This document shows positions 10,164-19,252 of a DNA stretch of 64,000 bases, in pieces. The stretch is from an uncultured Micavibrio sp. Lineage in GTDB: Bacteria; Pseudomonadota; Alphaproteobacteria; Micavibrionales; UBA1664. The DNA is taken from contig CAZHEE010000008.1 of assembly GCA_964531715.1 (NCBI GenBank), positions 1,963 through 65,962 on the forward strand, given 5' to 3'. How positions within the stretch are numbered: the stretch's first letter is position 1; every line of letters begins with the position of its first letter. The notes under the pieces were generated by a model. The model did no database searches. It was given only the letters and a program-made list of their open reading frames with translations, and was not told the DNA's origin. Made by a program: the position numbers and the translations under genes.

Positions 10164-10215
10164 CCCCGCCTCCGAGCGGGGATCCAAGTTATAGACCCCC
10201 GCTCGGAGGCGGGGG
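10164..10215. repeat. GC-rich double-palindrome element, copy 1
   Basis: The arm ccccgcctccgagcgggg (10164-10181) has its exact reverse complement inside cccccgctcggaggcggggg (10196-10215). Each arm is also self-complementary. A near-identical copy lies at 19769-19820. Confidence 0.85.
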
Positions 10216-10265
10216 AACGATAGTTTTTATTCCTTACAATCATTCTTCATGATAAGCATATATGC

Positions 10266-11546
10266 ATGTCCGAAGGTTTGAATTCCCGATTATGTGCGCT
10301 GCAAACGCTCAACGCCGTTTTTGACAATTGTCAAACACTTGAAAACGCGCTTGATAAATATGCATCAAAGCTCAATTTATCACCGCAGGATAAGGGCTTC
10401 ACACATGCTTTATGCGGGTTTGTCTTGCGTTACAAACCGTCTTTACAAGACGTCATTCAAACGGCAGGAAACAGGAAAAAGCCGTTTTACCCTGCCGCTC
10501 TCAACACACTTTTATTGATTGGCGCGGCGCAAATCTATCTGATGGATGTGCCTGACCATGCGGCGGTGAATAGCGCGGTTGATCTTGCCGTAAAAATAAA
10601 ATGCTCAAAACAAAAGGCAATGATTAATGCGATTTTAAGGCGGCTCATCAGAGAGGGCGAGAAAGACTTAAAGCCTACGCTTCCTAACTGGCTGGTGAAA
10701 AAATGGGAAGATGACTATGGTTTAAAAACGGCTAAAGCACTGGAACAGGCAAGTATAAAGCAGGCGGAAACAGGACTGACTTTTCGTTATTGCGAGGAGG
10801 TCATAACCGACGAAGCAATCCATAAAACCTCGCCATCGCATGGATTGCTTCGCTACGCTCGCAATGACGCTATCACGAATGTTCATGGCTATGAGGAAGG
10901 GCAGTGGTGGGTGCAGGATTATGCATCGCATTATCCTGTATTTTTATTGCCGGATTTAACAGGTAAAATAGTGTTCGATCTTTGTGCCGCGCCGGGTGGA
11001 AAAACCATGCAGCTTGCGGCAAAGGGGGCAACGGTTAAAGCGGTAGATATTTCTGAAAAACGTCTATCGCGCTTGCGTGAAAATGTGGAACGCACACAAT
11101 TATCTGAAAAAGTTGTGATTATTTGTGCAGATATTCTAAAATGGAAACCGCAGCAAAAAGCCGATATCGTTTTACTCGACGCGCCCTGTTCGGCAACAGG
11201 CACGCTCCGCCGTCACCCTGACTTACCCTATATTCGCGGCGAAAATGATGTTGCCGCGCTTATCAGATTACAAGTACAACTGCTTGATAAAGTGAAGCAC
11301 TGGTTAAAAGAGGATGGGCTACTTATTTACTGTACATGCTCGCTTCAAAAAGATGAAGGCGAACGGCAGATAGAAAATTTCTTGCAGCAAAATCCTGCAT
11401 TTTCTCGGGATAAAACTATGATGATTGATGCACAGTTTCTCACAAAGGATGGCGATGCTCGCTTGCTCCCAACCTATGGCAGTATGGATGGATTTTTTAT
11501 CAGTTATTTGCGTTTCAAGTCATCATCTTTCGATAAAACACCATAA
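10266..11546 (+). CDS. rsmB: 16S rRNA (cytosine-C5)-methyltransferase RsmB/Sun
   Basis: It has a NusB-like N-terminus, the SAM motif FDLCAAPGGKT, and the catalytic motifs LLDAPCSATGTLRRHPD and YCTCS. Confidence 0.9.
   Translation: MSEGLNSRLCALQTLNAVFDNCQTLENALDKYASKLNLSPQDKGFTHALCGFVLRYKPSLQDVIQTAGNRKKPFYPAALNTLLLIGAAQIYLMDVPDHAAVNSAVDLAVKIKCSKQKAMINAILRRLIREGEKDLKPTLPNWLVKKWEDDYGLKTAKALEQASIKQAETGLTFRYCEEVITDEAIHKTSPSHGLLRYARNDAITNVHGYEEGQWWVQDYASHYPVFLLPDLTGKIVFDLCAAPGGKTMQLAAKGATVKAVDISEKRLSRLRENVERTQLSEKVVIICADILKWKPQQKADIVLLDAPCSATGTLRRHPDLPYIRGENDVAALIRLQVQLLDKVKHWLKEDGLLIYCTCSLQKDEGERQIENFLQQNPAFSRDKTMMIDAQFLTKDGDARLLPTYGSMDGFFISYLRFKSSSFDKTP
10786..10868. repeat. Palindromic repeat element embedded in frame in rsmB
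   Basis: The outer arms are gttattgcgagg and ctcgcaatgac. The inner perfect 12-bp inverted repeat is gaagcaatccat (10812-10823) and atggattgcttc (10840-10851). The architecture matches the intergenic copies at 15408, 19629 and 29099. Confidence 0.8.
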
Positions 11547-13144
11547 GCAATCGCCGTGATATAGGTATTAATACGCCTAAAGTCGCGCAATACATCCGTA
11601 TGAATTCCGGACGTCGCAACAGTTTGCGGCAAGCCTTCCCGCAGGCGCGCCATATGGTTTTGCATGCTGTCACGCTCCGCCTTGACCAGACCTTTTTTAT
11701 AATCAAGGAGCTGCCGCGCAAGGACAGGGTCGCTTGAAAGAAAAATACTTTGCGCCAGTTTTAAATTCGCATAAACCTTGTCATGAAAGCTTTTGATTTC
11801 CTTTAAACCTTCGGCAGAGAACTTATCGTTTCGCCGCACCATTTTTCGGGCATTCACCATCAGGCTGTTTTCAATGATATCGCCACAATATTCAAGATTG
11901 GTTGCAAAATTCATAATGCGCATGGATTGATCCGCCTCACGGTCGCTTAATTCCTCACGTGTCAGGCGAATGATATAATCTTTAATAGCTGCAAAAATTG
12001 AATCAAGAACCTCATCTTTTTGAATAATCTCTTTTATCGCGGCCTCATCATGGCGCGAAAGGGCATAGAAACTTTTATCCAGCATATCTTCCAGCAATTC
12101 CGCCATATGCAAGGTTTCACGCGTGGCGCAGGATAGCGCGGCGGCGGGGGAGGATAACGCCTTTTTATCCAAATAGCGCGGACGCATTTGCAAATCTTCC
12201 TCGCTCTCTTTGGATGGACTGAGCCTTTGACAAAGCGCAGCAATTTGCCTGATAAATGGCATGAATAAAAAGGCTAAAAGTAGGTTAAAACCAATATGCG
12301 CGGCGAGAACTTTTTGTGCGTTTGCCCAGTCGGTTGCATCCAGATATTCAACCGCGTATGGCATTGCAATCATGGTGATAAGCGCAACGGTTAATCGCAT
12401 AATGAGATTACCGAGCGGCACTTGAAAGGCTTGCGGCGTATCGCGCATAACGGCAATAAGCGGAATAAGCCCTGCACCCAAATTTGCGCCGATAATAAAA
12501 ACGATTGCAAGCTCTAATGACAGCACACCGCTCGCCGCAAATGTTGTCAGAATAAGGATGGCGGACAGGCTGCTATGCAATATATAAGTTAATATAACCG
12601 CCAGAATAAGGGCTAAAATTGGTTCGGCCTCTAACGGTGCAAGGATCAACGGTAATGTCTCTGATGCGGCGAGGGGGGCGGCCGCTACACGGATAATCGC
12701 CAAACCTGTCAGGACAAAGCCCAAGCCCATCACAATACGCGCGGCAAATCGCTTTTGATTGCCATCATCATAAATCAGGTGAAAAATAATTCCTGTCGAG
12801 AGCAAGAGCGGCGCGAGCCAGCGCATATCGAGTGATAAAATTTGTGCAATTATTGCCGTTCCGATATCTGCACCAATCATGATGGCAAGCCCTGCCGAAA
12901 CTGTCATTAATCCTCTGCCGACAAAAGAGGAGGCGAGGAGGGCTGTTGCCGTTGAGCTTTGTAGAAATAATGTTGTGATAAATCCACATCCGAACGCGGT
13001 GAAGCGGTTGCGTGTGCCGTATGAAATTGCCGCCTGAATTTGTGCGCCGTAGCCGCGTAAAAAAGCACGCTTTACTGTGCGCAACCCCCAGAGGAGTAAG
13101 CATATCCCGGATAATATTGTAAGTAATGTAAGCGTCACAGACAT
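11504..13144 (-). CDS. Na+/phosphate cotransporter family protein with PhoU-like C-terminal domain
   Basis: The 546-aa product has a multi-TM N-terminal half with duplicated Na/Pi-cotransporter-like repeats and a soluble helical PhoU-like C-terminus. It overlaps the 3' end of rsmB by 43 nt in convergent orientation. Confidence 0.85.
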   Translation of the reverse strand: MSVTLTLLTILSGICLLLWGLRTVKRAFLRGYGAQIQAAISYGTRNRFTAFGCGFITTLFLQSSTATALLASSFVGRGLMTVSAGLAIMIGADIGTAIIAQILSLDMRWLAPLLLSTGIIFHLIYDDGNQKRFAARIVMGLGFVLTGLAIIRVAAAPLAASETLPLILAPLEAEPILALILAVILTYILHSSLSAILILTTFAASGVLSLELAIVFIIGANLGAGLIPLIAVMRDTPQAFQVPLGNLIMRLTVALITMIAMPYAVEYLDATDWANAQKVLAAHIGFNLLLAFLFMPFIRQIAALCQRLSPSKESEEDLQMRPRYLDKKALSSPAAALSCATRETLHMAELLEDMLDKSFYALSRHDEAAIKEIIQKDEVLDSIFAAIKDYIIRLTREELSDREADQSMRIMNFATNLEYCGDIIENSLMVNARKMVRRNDKFSAEGLKEIKSFHDKVYANLKLAQSIFLSSDPVLARQLLDYKKGLVKAERDSMQNHMARLREGLPQTVATSGIHTDVLRDFRRINTYITAIAYGVLSKDDDLKRK

Positions 13145-13170
13145 AGAATAATACTATGCCTTATTCATCT

Positions 13171-14061
13171 TTAGGTGGCTAGCATCTTTAAATCGCGATG
13201 GCGGACAGAGACGTTATATCCCAACTTCTCAATATCTTGCGCAAGCTTTTCGGCCAAAAAAACCGAGCGATGCTTTCCGCCTGTGCACCCGAAAGCAAGT
13301 GTGAAATAACTTTTGCCTTCCTGTGTGTAATGCGGCAGTAAGAACCCCATTAAATCATAGGTTTTCTTGTAATATTCCTCAAAAGCAGGGTCGCCAGAGA
13401 CAAAATCCTGAATGATTTTTTCACTCCCGTTATGGGCGCGAAGTTCGGCGTTCCAATGCGGATTTTTAAGAAAACGTACATCCATCATCATATCAACCTC
13501 ACGCGGAACCCCATTTTTAAATCCAAATGACATAATAGTCACCGATAGCCGCCCCTGCCCATCATTCAGGTTAAAATCGCTTTCAATACGGTGTTTTAAA
13601 TCATGAACGGTGAGTTCGGTCGTGTCGAGTATAGTGTTCGATACATGTTTAAGCGGTGCGAGCCATTCACGTTCATAAATTATGCCGTCCGTAACGGTGC
13701 GATCTTTCGCCAAGGGATGCACCCGTCGTGTTTCCGAAAACCTTTTTTGCAGAACTGCATTTGTTGCGTTTAAAAATAAAATTGTTGCATTGACTTCTTT
13801 TGCCATGCCGATGATACGATCGGGGCTGAAGGCGCGTGTACGGCTGTCAAAGCCAAAAGCTACAGGTTGATCCTGATACCCTGCCTCGTCTAAAAGTGCG
13901 CGGACATGCCCGACAGGAAAATTATCAAATACCTCATAGCCGCAATCTTCCAAGGCTTTCAGTGCAGTTGAAATGCCCGCCCCAGACAGGCCGGTCACAA
14001 ATATCACAGGGCGTTTTTGTTTATCTTTCACATTTAAAAGTGTGCCAGTGAAAGCATTCAA
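13171..14061 (-). CDS. rapZ: RNase adapter protein RapZ (YhbJ)
   Basis: The Walker A motif VTGLSGAGISTALKALED and the C-terminal GCTGGKHRSV motif are present, and the length is 296 aa. Confidence 0.9.
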   Translation of the reverse strand: MNAFTGTLLNVKDKQKRPVIFVTGLSGAGISTALKALEDCGYEVFDNFPVGHVRALLDEAGYQDQPVAFGFDSRTRAFSPDRIIGMAKEVNATILFLNATNAVLQKRFSETRRVHPLAKDRTVTDGIIYEREWLAPLKHVSNTILDTTELTVHDLKHRIESDFNLNDGQGRLSVTIMSFGFKNGVPREVDMMMDVRFLKNPHWNAELRAHNGSEKIIQDFVSGDPAFEEYYKKTYDLMGFLLPHYTQEGKSYFTLAFGCTGGKHRSVFLAEKLAQDIEKLGYNVSVRHRDLKMLAT

Positions 14062-14075
14062 ATGCTATTAAAACT

Positions 14076-15350
14076 TTAACCCGCTTTACGCTTTTTGGAA
14101 AAGTCGGTGCGTTTATCTGTCCGCTTCCCTTTAAAGGCAGGTTTGCCGTCTTTTGGCTTACCTTCCTTTGACCAGCGAGGCTTCTTCGCAAACGGCTTTT
14201 TCTTGCCTTGCCCTGCGCCTGCACCGCGATGATTGCGGCGACCATTGCCACCCTCATTATCATTCGATTTGATGCCGAGCAGTTTTTCAATCTCGCGCCA
14301 TTTCCCGTAATCGGAAGGGGAGATAAAACATAAGGCTGAGCCTTCCGCCCCTGCACGTGCTGTCCTTCCCATACGGTGAATATAATCCTCCGCTACTTGC
14401 GGTAAATCGTGATTAATAACATGTTCAATATGTGGAACATCCAGCCCACGTGCGGCAATATCGGTTGCGCAAAGAATGCGGAATTTCTTATTACGAAAGG
14501 CCTGCATCACCTGGTCACGCTTGCGTTGGCGCAAATCACCATGAAGGGCATCGGCGGTAAAACCATCCTCACGCAGGCGCTTCGCCATTTTTTCAGTCCC
14601 GTATTTTGTTTTCACGAAAATAATCACTGTGCCTTCACGTGTCTGAAGTTGGCGTACCATTTCATCATGCTTTTTCTCATGCGCGATACGCACAATCTCG
14701 GTTTTGATTTTCGGCGCGACAATATTGGTGTTACCCATTGAAATCCGCTCAGGATTATTCAGATATTTCTTGGCAAGGCTCATAATATTATCAGGCATTG
14801 TTGCCGAAAAAAGAAGTGTTTGACGCTCTTCAGGCAAGTGTTTTTTAATGCGGTCAAGCTGAACCCCGAAACCCATATCGAGCATACGGTCAGTTTCGTC
14901 CAAAACCAGAAAACCGCATTGGCTTAAATCAATCGCACCTTTGTCGAGGTGATCATTAATCCGCCCGGGTGTGCCGACAATGATGCGCGGATTATTGCGC
15001 AGCTGCGCAAACTGCTTGCCGTATGGCTCACCGCCGATAATAAAGGCCGTATTCAGTTTGGCTTTCTTGCTGCTCATCGCGTGGATATTATCCAATACCT
15101 GCTTGGCAAGTTCGCGTGTCGGAGTAAGCACAATCGCGGTTTTTTCAGTATTTTGATAGAGATACTCAATCATCGGAATTGAAAACGCACCTGTTTTCCC
15201 TGTTCCCGTTTGTGCAGAACCCAAAATATCGCGACCTTTCAGGGCGAGCGGAATGGCCGCCTCTTGAATAGGGGTGGCTTCGGTAAATCCAATGGCATCA
15301 AGCGTATGGATTAAACGTTCGGACAGGCCGAACTCTGTAAATTTCATCAT
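14076..15350 (-). CDS. DEAD-box ATP-dependent RNA helicase (RhlE-like) with basic C-terminal tail
   Basis: Motifs AQTGTGKT, PTRELA, TPGR, SAT and HRMGRTARAG are present. Motif II reads DETD instead of DEAD. Confidence 0.9.
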   Translation of the reverse strand: MMKFTEFGLSERLIHTLDAIGFTEATPIQEAAIPLALKGRDILGSAQTGTGKTGAFSIPMIEYLYQNTEKTAIVLTPTRELAKQVLDNIHAMSSKKAKLNTAFIIGGEPYGKQFAQLRNNPRIIVGTPGRINDHLDKGAIDLSQCGFLVLDETDRMLDMGFGVQLDRIKKHLPEERQTLLFSATMPDNIMSLAKKYLNNPERISMGNTNIVAPKIKTEIVRIAHEKKHDEMVRQLQTREGTVIIFVKTKYGTEKMAKRLREDGFTADALHGDLRQRKRDQVMQAFRNKKFRILCATDIAARGLDVPHIEHVINHDLPQVAEDYIHRMGRTARAGAEGSALCFISPSDYGKWREIEKLLGIKSNDNEGGNGRRNHRGAGAGQGKKKPFAKKPRWSKEGKPKDGKPAFKGKRTDKRTDFSKKRKAG

Positions 15351-15407
15351 TTTTTTTCGTCTTTCATGTCAAAGCAAACTAATGTTTATGTAATTATTCC
15401 TTAATCC

Positions 15408-15497
15408 GTCATTGCACGTTTTATGAAATAAATACGTGCAATCCATACGAACTTACTGGATTACACGTATTACGCTATCGCGCAAACGTGTAATGAC
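15408..15497. repeat. Nested palindromic repeat element (gtcattgcacg family)
   Basis: The outer inverted repeat is gtcattgcacgt and acgtgtaatgac. The inner inverted repeat is cgtgcaatcca and tggattacacg. It is related to the copies at 19629-19716 and 20037-20112. Confidence 0.8.
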
Positions 15498-15749
15498 GCT
15501 TAAGGAAACATCACTAAACCGACTGACTATCAGTCTTTCTATAAATTTGAACTTTCACATGAAAAATCGTGTCAGGATTTTAACCTTGGTAAGCTCGACA
15601 CTCATAGGGCGAAGCGTTGCTTTTCCCGCTTCATTGATTGATGTTATGACAGCTTTTTTCGTAAATGTCAATTTTATAATAAGTTATAATTTAAAAACTA
15701 TCTCTATTAAACATCTTGGTTATATTTAAAATACTACGTACTATTCAGT

Positions 15750-16187
15750 ATGCTGACAGAGTGGTTAACAATTATAGGTATTTTTACATTCGTAATTGGC
15801 TTTGTTTATTTTTGTGTACGTTTATCGAAACAAGAAAACGAGGCCATCAAAACTAATAAAAACACTCCTTACAAAAAAGATGATAAGGAAATTTTTCGAG
15901 CATTATTACGTTACATATATGTTTTATTTACTTTAATTTCGATCTGTATTTTCTTCAGCATGAAAGAGGCATGGTATATATTTGGTCTACTATCTATTGT
16001 GACCTGGTTGTATATGATGAGCAAAGGAATTCATCTGTTAAGACTTTCAAAAAAAGCTCCACATCCCAATACGCGTTATAATATTGTTGGCATTACTGGG
16101 GCATTTGTTTTTATGGGGTCTATATTATTCTTGATTATAGCGGGAGGAATACTGCTTGCCTGGTTAGATGGTCAAAAATTACTATAA
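15750..16187 (+). CDS. Hypothetical membrane protein
   Basis: This 145-aa ORF has about four hydrophobic helices, lies in a very AT-rich stretch, and belongs to no recognised family. Confidence 0.45.
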   Translation: MLTEWLTIIGIFTFVIGFVYFCVRLSKQENEAIKTNKNTPYKKDDKEIFRALLRYIYVLFTLISICIFFSMKEAWYIFGLLSIVTWLYMMSKGIHLLRLSKKAPHPNTRYNIVGITGAFVFMGSILFLIIAGGILLAWLDGQKLL

Positions 16188-16215
16188 TTTGTAAAACTAT
16201 TAAACTTTTTAAATA

Positions 16216-17142
16216 TTAAGCCCTTGGATGGGATTTGAGGAAAATATCCATCATCGCCTCATGGTCGACATCGGCGTAAATCTGAGTTGATGAGAGTGAT
16301 TCATGCCCGAGGAGATGTTGAATCTCTCGCAAATTCATCCCTTCACCAAGCAAATGCGTGGCAAAACTATGCCTCAGTGCGTGGGGGGTCACCGTATCAG
16401 GCAAACCCATATCAACGCGAAGTTTTCGCATTGCCTTTTGTGCCATTCCTTGATTAAGCCGCTTTCCCTGTATGCCGCAAAAAAGGGGCGATAAATTGTC
16501 ATCGGATAGGGGCGCGGCGGCGCGATAATCCTCTACACGTTTTTTCACGATCGGCAGTAACGGCACTTCCCGTTCCTTGTTGCCTTTCCCAGTAATACGT
16601 AGCTTTCGCCCATCGAGAGGCCAATCGCCAACATTCATTTTCAGGGCCTCATCAATCCTCAAGCCTGAACCGTAAAGTAAAGAAAAAAGGGCATAATCGC
16701 GCAAACCCGTCCAGTTTTTTACATTCTCAACGGCATTGTCAATCAGTTTTAAAAGCTGAGTATACTCAATCGGGCGCGGTACTTTTGCAGGGCGTTTCGG
16801 TGTGTTGAGCAGGCTTGCCGCAGGGTTATGCATGATTCCGTTTTGATCCAGAAAGGTGAAAAAATTTCGGATGCCGGCCAGCGACCGCGCGCGGGATGAG
16901 GCCTTCGCCCCTTTCACCGCCTTTTGCGTGAGCCATGACCTGAAATCCGTTATTGCCGTTTCCGATAAATCATTGATTGAGATTTGTTGCCCCTGATGGG
17001 TGTTCATGAATTTCAGGAAATGCAGCATATCCGTCTGATATGCCCTGAGCGTATGGGAGGAGAGTTGTCGCCTGCTTAAATGTGCATACCAATCATTGAC
17101 CGCTTTATCCAAATCCGGCGCACAGTATAAAGCATAGGACAT
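16216..17142 (-). CDS. xerC: Tyrosine recombinase XerC
   Basis: The catalytic motifs HALRHSFATHLL and LLGHESLSSTQIY are present. XerC is favoured over XerD because of the upstream DUF484 (yigA-like) gene. Confidence 0.8.
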   Translation of the reverse strand: MSYALYCAPDLDKAVNDWYAHLSRRQLSSHTLRAYQTDMLHFLKFMNTHQGQQISINDLSETAITDFRSWLTQKAVKGAKASSRARSLAGIRNFFTFLDQNGIMHNPAASLLNTPKRPAKVPRPIEYTQLLKLIDNAVENVKNWTGLRDYALFSLLYGSGLRIDEALKMNVGDWPLDGRKLRITGKGNKEREVPLLPIVKKRVEDYRAAAPLSDDNLSPLFCGIQGKRLNQGMAQKAMRKLRVDMGLPDTVTPHALRHSFATHLLGEGMNLREIQHLLGHESLSSTQIYADVDHEAMMDIFLKSHPRA

Positions 17143-17152
17143 ACGCGCCGCC

Positions 17153-17842
17153 CTAACCGTTCCAGAATTTTAAGGCACGCTCAACGCAGCGGCAAAGAAA
17201 AGTAATCAGCTCAGCCCCTTGCCCTTCAACAAACATGTCAGGATCGCGCGAGCCGAAAGCCAGAATTGATGGCGGAATATCAAGCGTTTCATCGATCCTG
17301 AGCAAGGCTTGAGACTTGATAATCCCGGCCGCAGAACCAAAAATTGCCTCGGTGCCTTGCGTGTTTGAATAAAGACGGGCGGTGTGACCCTCCATCCAAT
17401 TTTCAACTGTCCCGCTTGAAACAATTTTGAGTGTATTATGTTGCGCCTTCGAAAAATCATGCTCGCTTTCGATAATGAGTGATGCCGCATCGCAATCGAG
17501 GATGACAGGAACATCGACAGAAAGAACCTGTACAAATTCATTAAATGTCCCGGCCTCCAAAAACCTTAAAACCGCATCATGAATACGGGCGAGGTTATTC
17601 ATATTTTCGCGGCTGACCTCAATAATATCACGCGTTGTATCCAGAACCATGCGCTTATCGGCTTTAAGCTTTTCAAGCATATAATGATTAAAATCAACGA
17701 CATGCCGACCGTTCGATTTATCCTTGGGCGGGATGAGGTAATCCAGCGCATCCGGGTTTTTTTGCAAGAATTGCGGATTATTTTTTAAATAAGCAATGAC
17801 GTCATCGTCATTCATATCGTTTTTTTGCGCAGTGTGATTCAT
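17153..17842 (-). CDS. DUF484 family protein
   Basis: The 229-aa product has a GAF-like C-terminal half and sits in the conserved position immediately upstream of xerC. Confidence 0.75.
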   Translation of the reverse strand: MNHTAQKNDMNDDDVIAYLKNNPQFLQKNPDALDYLIPPKDKSNGRHVVDFNHYMLEKLKADKRMVLDTTRDIIEVSRENMNNLARIHDAVLRFLEAGTFNEFVQVLSVDVPVILDCDAASLIIESEHDFSKAQHNTLKIVSSGTVENWMEGHTARLYSNTQGTEAIFGSAAGIIKSQALLRIDETLDIPPSILAFGSRDPDMFVEGQGAELITFLCRCVERALKFWNG

Positions 17843-17936
17843 GGAAAGATTTTACCATAGCGCACCAAACGGTCAAACAGATGATGGAAATTTTTTATGG
17901 CTTGCATGGTCAAGCTATGTTAATGACAAACACTAT

Positions 17937-18002
17937 GTCATTTTGAGGCAAAGCCGAAGAATCTGATTTGAGATCCTTCGTCGTTTTACTCCTCAGGATG
18001 AC
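17937..18002. repeat. Palindromic repeat element (gtcattttgagg ... cctcaggatgac)
   Basis: Terminal inverted repeats are seen directly. The element lies just downstream of the fliE stop. A degenerate relative lies at 27051-27130. Confidence 0.75.
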
Positions 18003-18017
18003 ATTATAAAACGCCAC

Positions 18018-18329
18018 CTAAATCGGCATACGCATAACATCCTGATAGGCGGAAATGACCCGTGTTGTAATCGATTTTGCGGTTTGAAGGACGACTTCGG
18101 CCTCGGTCACGGCCTGAACAACGTCAATCGGTGTTGCATTGCCGGTTAATGCGGCTGCGGAGACTTGCTCAGACGTTTTTTGCGTATCGATAACCTTCCC
18201 AAGCCCGGCCTTAACCATTGACCCGAATGAAACCTGATCATCACGGTCAGCACCATTCGGTGCGATTGTCGCAATCTTTGCCGTGTTTTGATAAAGGCTT
18301 GCCGCCTGCTGACCGATTATATTATTCAT
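18018..18329 (-). CDS. fliE: Flagellar hook-basal body complex protein FliE
   Basis: The 103-aa product has the C-terminus AYQDVMRMPI typical of FliE and follows flgB-flgC. Confidence 0.85.
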   Translation of the reverse strand: MNNIIGQQAASLYQNTAKIATIAPNGADRDDQVSFGSMVKAGLGKVIDTQKTSEQVSAAALTGNATPIDVVQAVTEAEVVLQTAKSITTRVISAYQDVMRMPI

Positions 18330-18367
18330 GTGATTTTTTTATCCTTTAATTTAAGTATAGCAAAAAC

Positions 18368-18778
18368 CTATTGCCCTATCAAATCAATCGTTTTGCCAAG
18401 CATCGCTTTTGAGATTTGAACCATCCCTAAATTTGCTTCATATGACCGTTGAGCCTCGCGCATATCCATGCTTTCAATCAATGTATTGATTTTGGGTGTT
18501 CTGATATAGCCATTATCATCCGCGCCAGGATGGCTTGGCATATATTTTAATTTGAACTCACCTTCGGCTTCCAAGACACGGGAGACTTCGACCTTTTCGA
18601 CGCCACTTGCGCGGTCAAGAACATTTTTAAAGATAACTGTTTTACGCTGATAAGGCTCTGCATTTGGTGTATTCGCCGCCGTGTTTGCGTTTGCGATATT
18701 TTGAGCCGTCACACGCAAGCGATGGCCTTGCGCCTTCATGCCTGAGGCCGAAATTTCCATTGCGTTAAAGAAATCCAT
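18368..18778 (-). CDS. flgC: Flagellar basal-body rod protein FlgC
   Basis: The N-terminal rod motif MEISASGMKAQ...VTAQNIANANT is present, and the length is 136 aa. Confidence 0.9.
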   Translation of the reverse strand: MDFFNAMEISASGMKAQGHRLRVTAQNIANANTAANTPNAEPYQRKTVIFKNVLDRASGVEKVEVSRVLEAEGEFKLKYMPSHPGADDNGYIRTPKINTLIESMDMREAQRSYEANLGMVQISKAMLGKTIDLIGQ

Positions 18779-18794
18779 GTTTCTATACCTTTCC

Positions 18795-19196
18795 TTAATC
18801 TGTTACGACCATGCGAATCATACCGACATTCTTGCGGTATAAATTCGTGATCATATTGTAATCCGCCATGGTTTGTTGAGCCTTGAATAATTGCTCTTCC
18901 ATAATGACCGCATTATCATCTGGGGCAGATTCATAAACCTGTTTCATCTCACGCGCATCTGCCTCTGCCAATCGGGGTTGCCCACCGATATGATTGCTGT
19001 TTGTGACTGCTTGTGAGAGTGACGGGCGGCCTGTCGCGCCCTTCATAACCTTACCGAAATCGACTTCTTGCAGGTCAGAAGGGCGAAAGCCAGGTGTATC
19101 AGCATTGGCGATATTGGATGATATCGTGACCTGACGCTGGTTCAGCCAGTTCATCTTGCCATTAATCCCGCGCATCAAACCGATATTATCTAACAT
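18795..19196 (-). CDS. flgB: Flagellar basal-body rod protein FlgB
   Basis: The motif ISSNIANADTPGFRPSD is present. The internal start MLDNIG (19196) is preferred because the 19259 start would run into the divergent gene at 19253. Confidence 0.8.
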   Translation of the reverse strand: MLDNIGLMRGINGKMNWLNQRQVTISSNIANADTPGFRPSDLQEVDFGKVMKGATGRPSLSQAVTNSNHIGGQPRLAEADAREMKQVYESAPDDNAVIMEEQLFKAQQTMADYNMITNLYRKNVGMIRMVVTD

Positions 19197-19252
19197 TCTT
19201 TTATCCTGACCCTCATCATGATATATTTTATAAATAAAGCATTGCAGGAACC

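Noticed and set aside
11504-11546. 43-nt convergent overlap between rsmB and the Na/Pi cotransporter gene as a possible frameshift or pseudogene signal
   Set aside because: Both proteins look full-length with intact terminal motifs. The overlap is explained by short non-conserved C-terminal tails.
14021-14356. 111-aa ORF overlapping the 3' end of the helicase gene
   Set aside because: It lies in an alternative frame of the Lys/Gly/Arg-rich helicase tail. The helicase frame has all the conserved motifs.
15436-15729. 97-aa ORF upstream of the hypothetical membrane protein
   Set aside because: It begins inside the palindromic repeat at 15408-15497 and runs through AT-rich intergenic DNA. Its composition is not protein-like.
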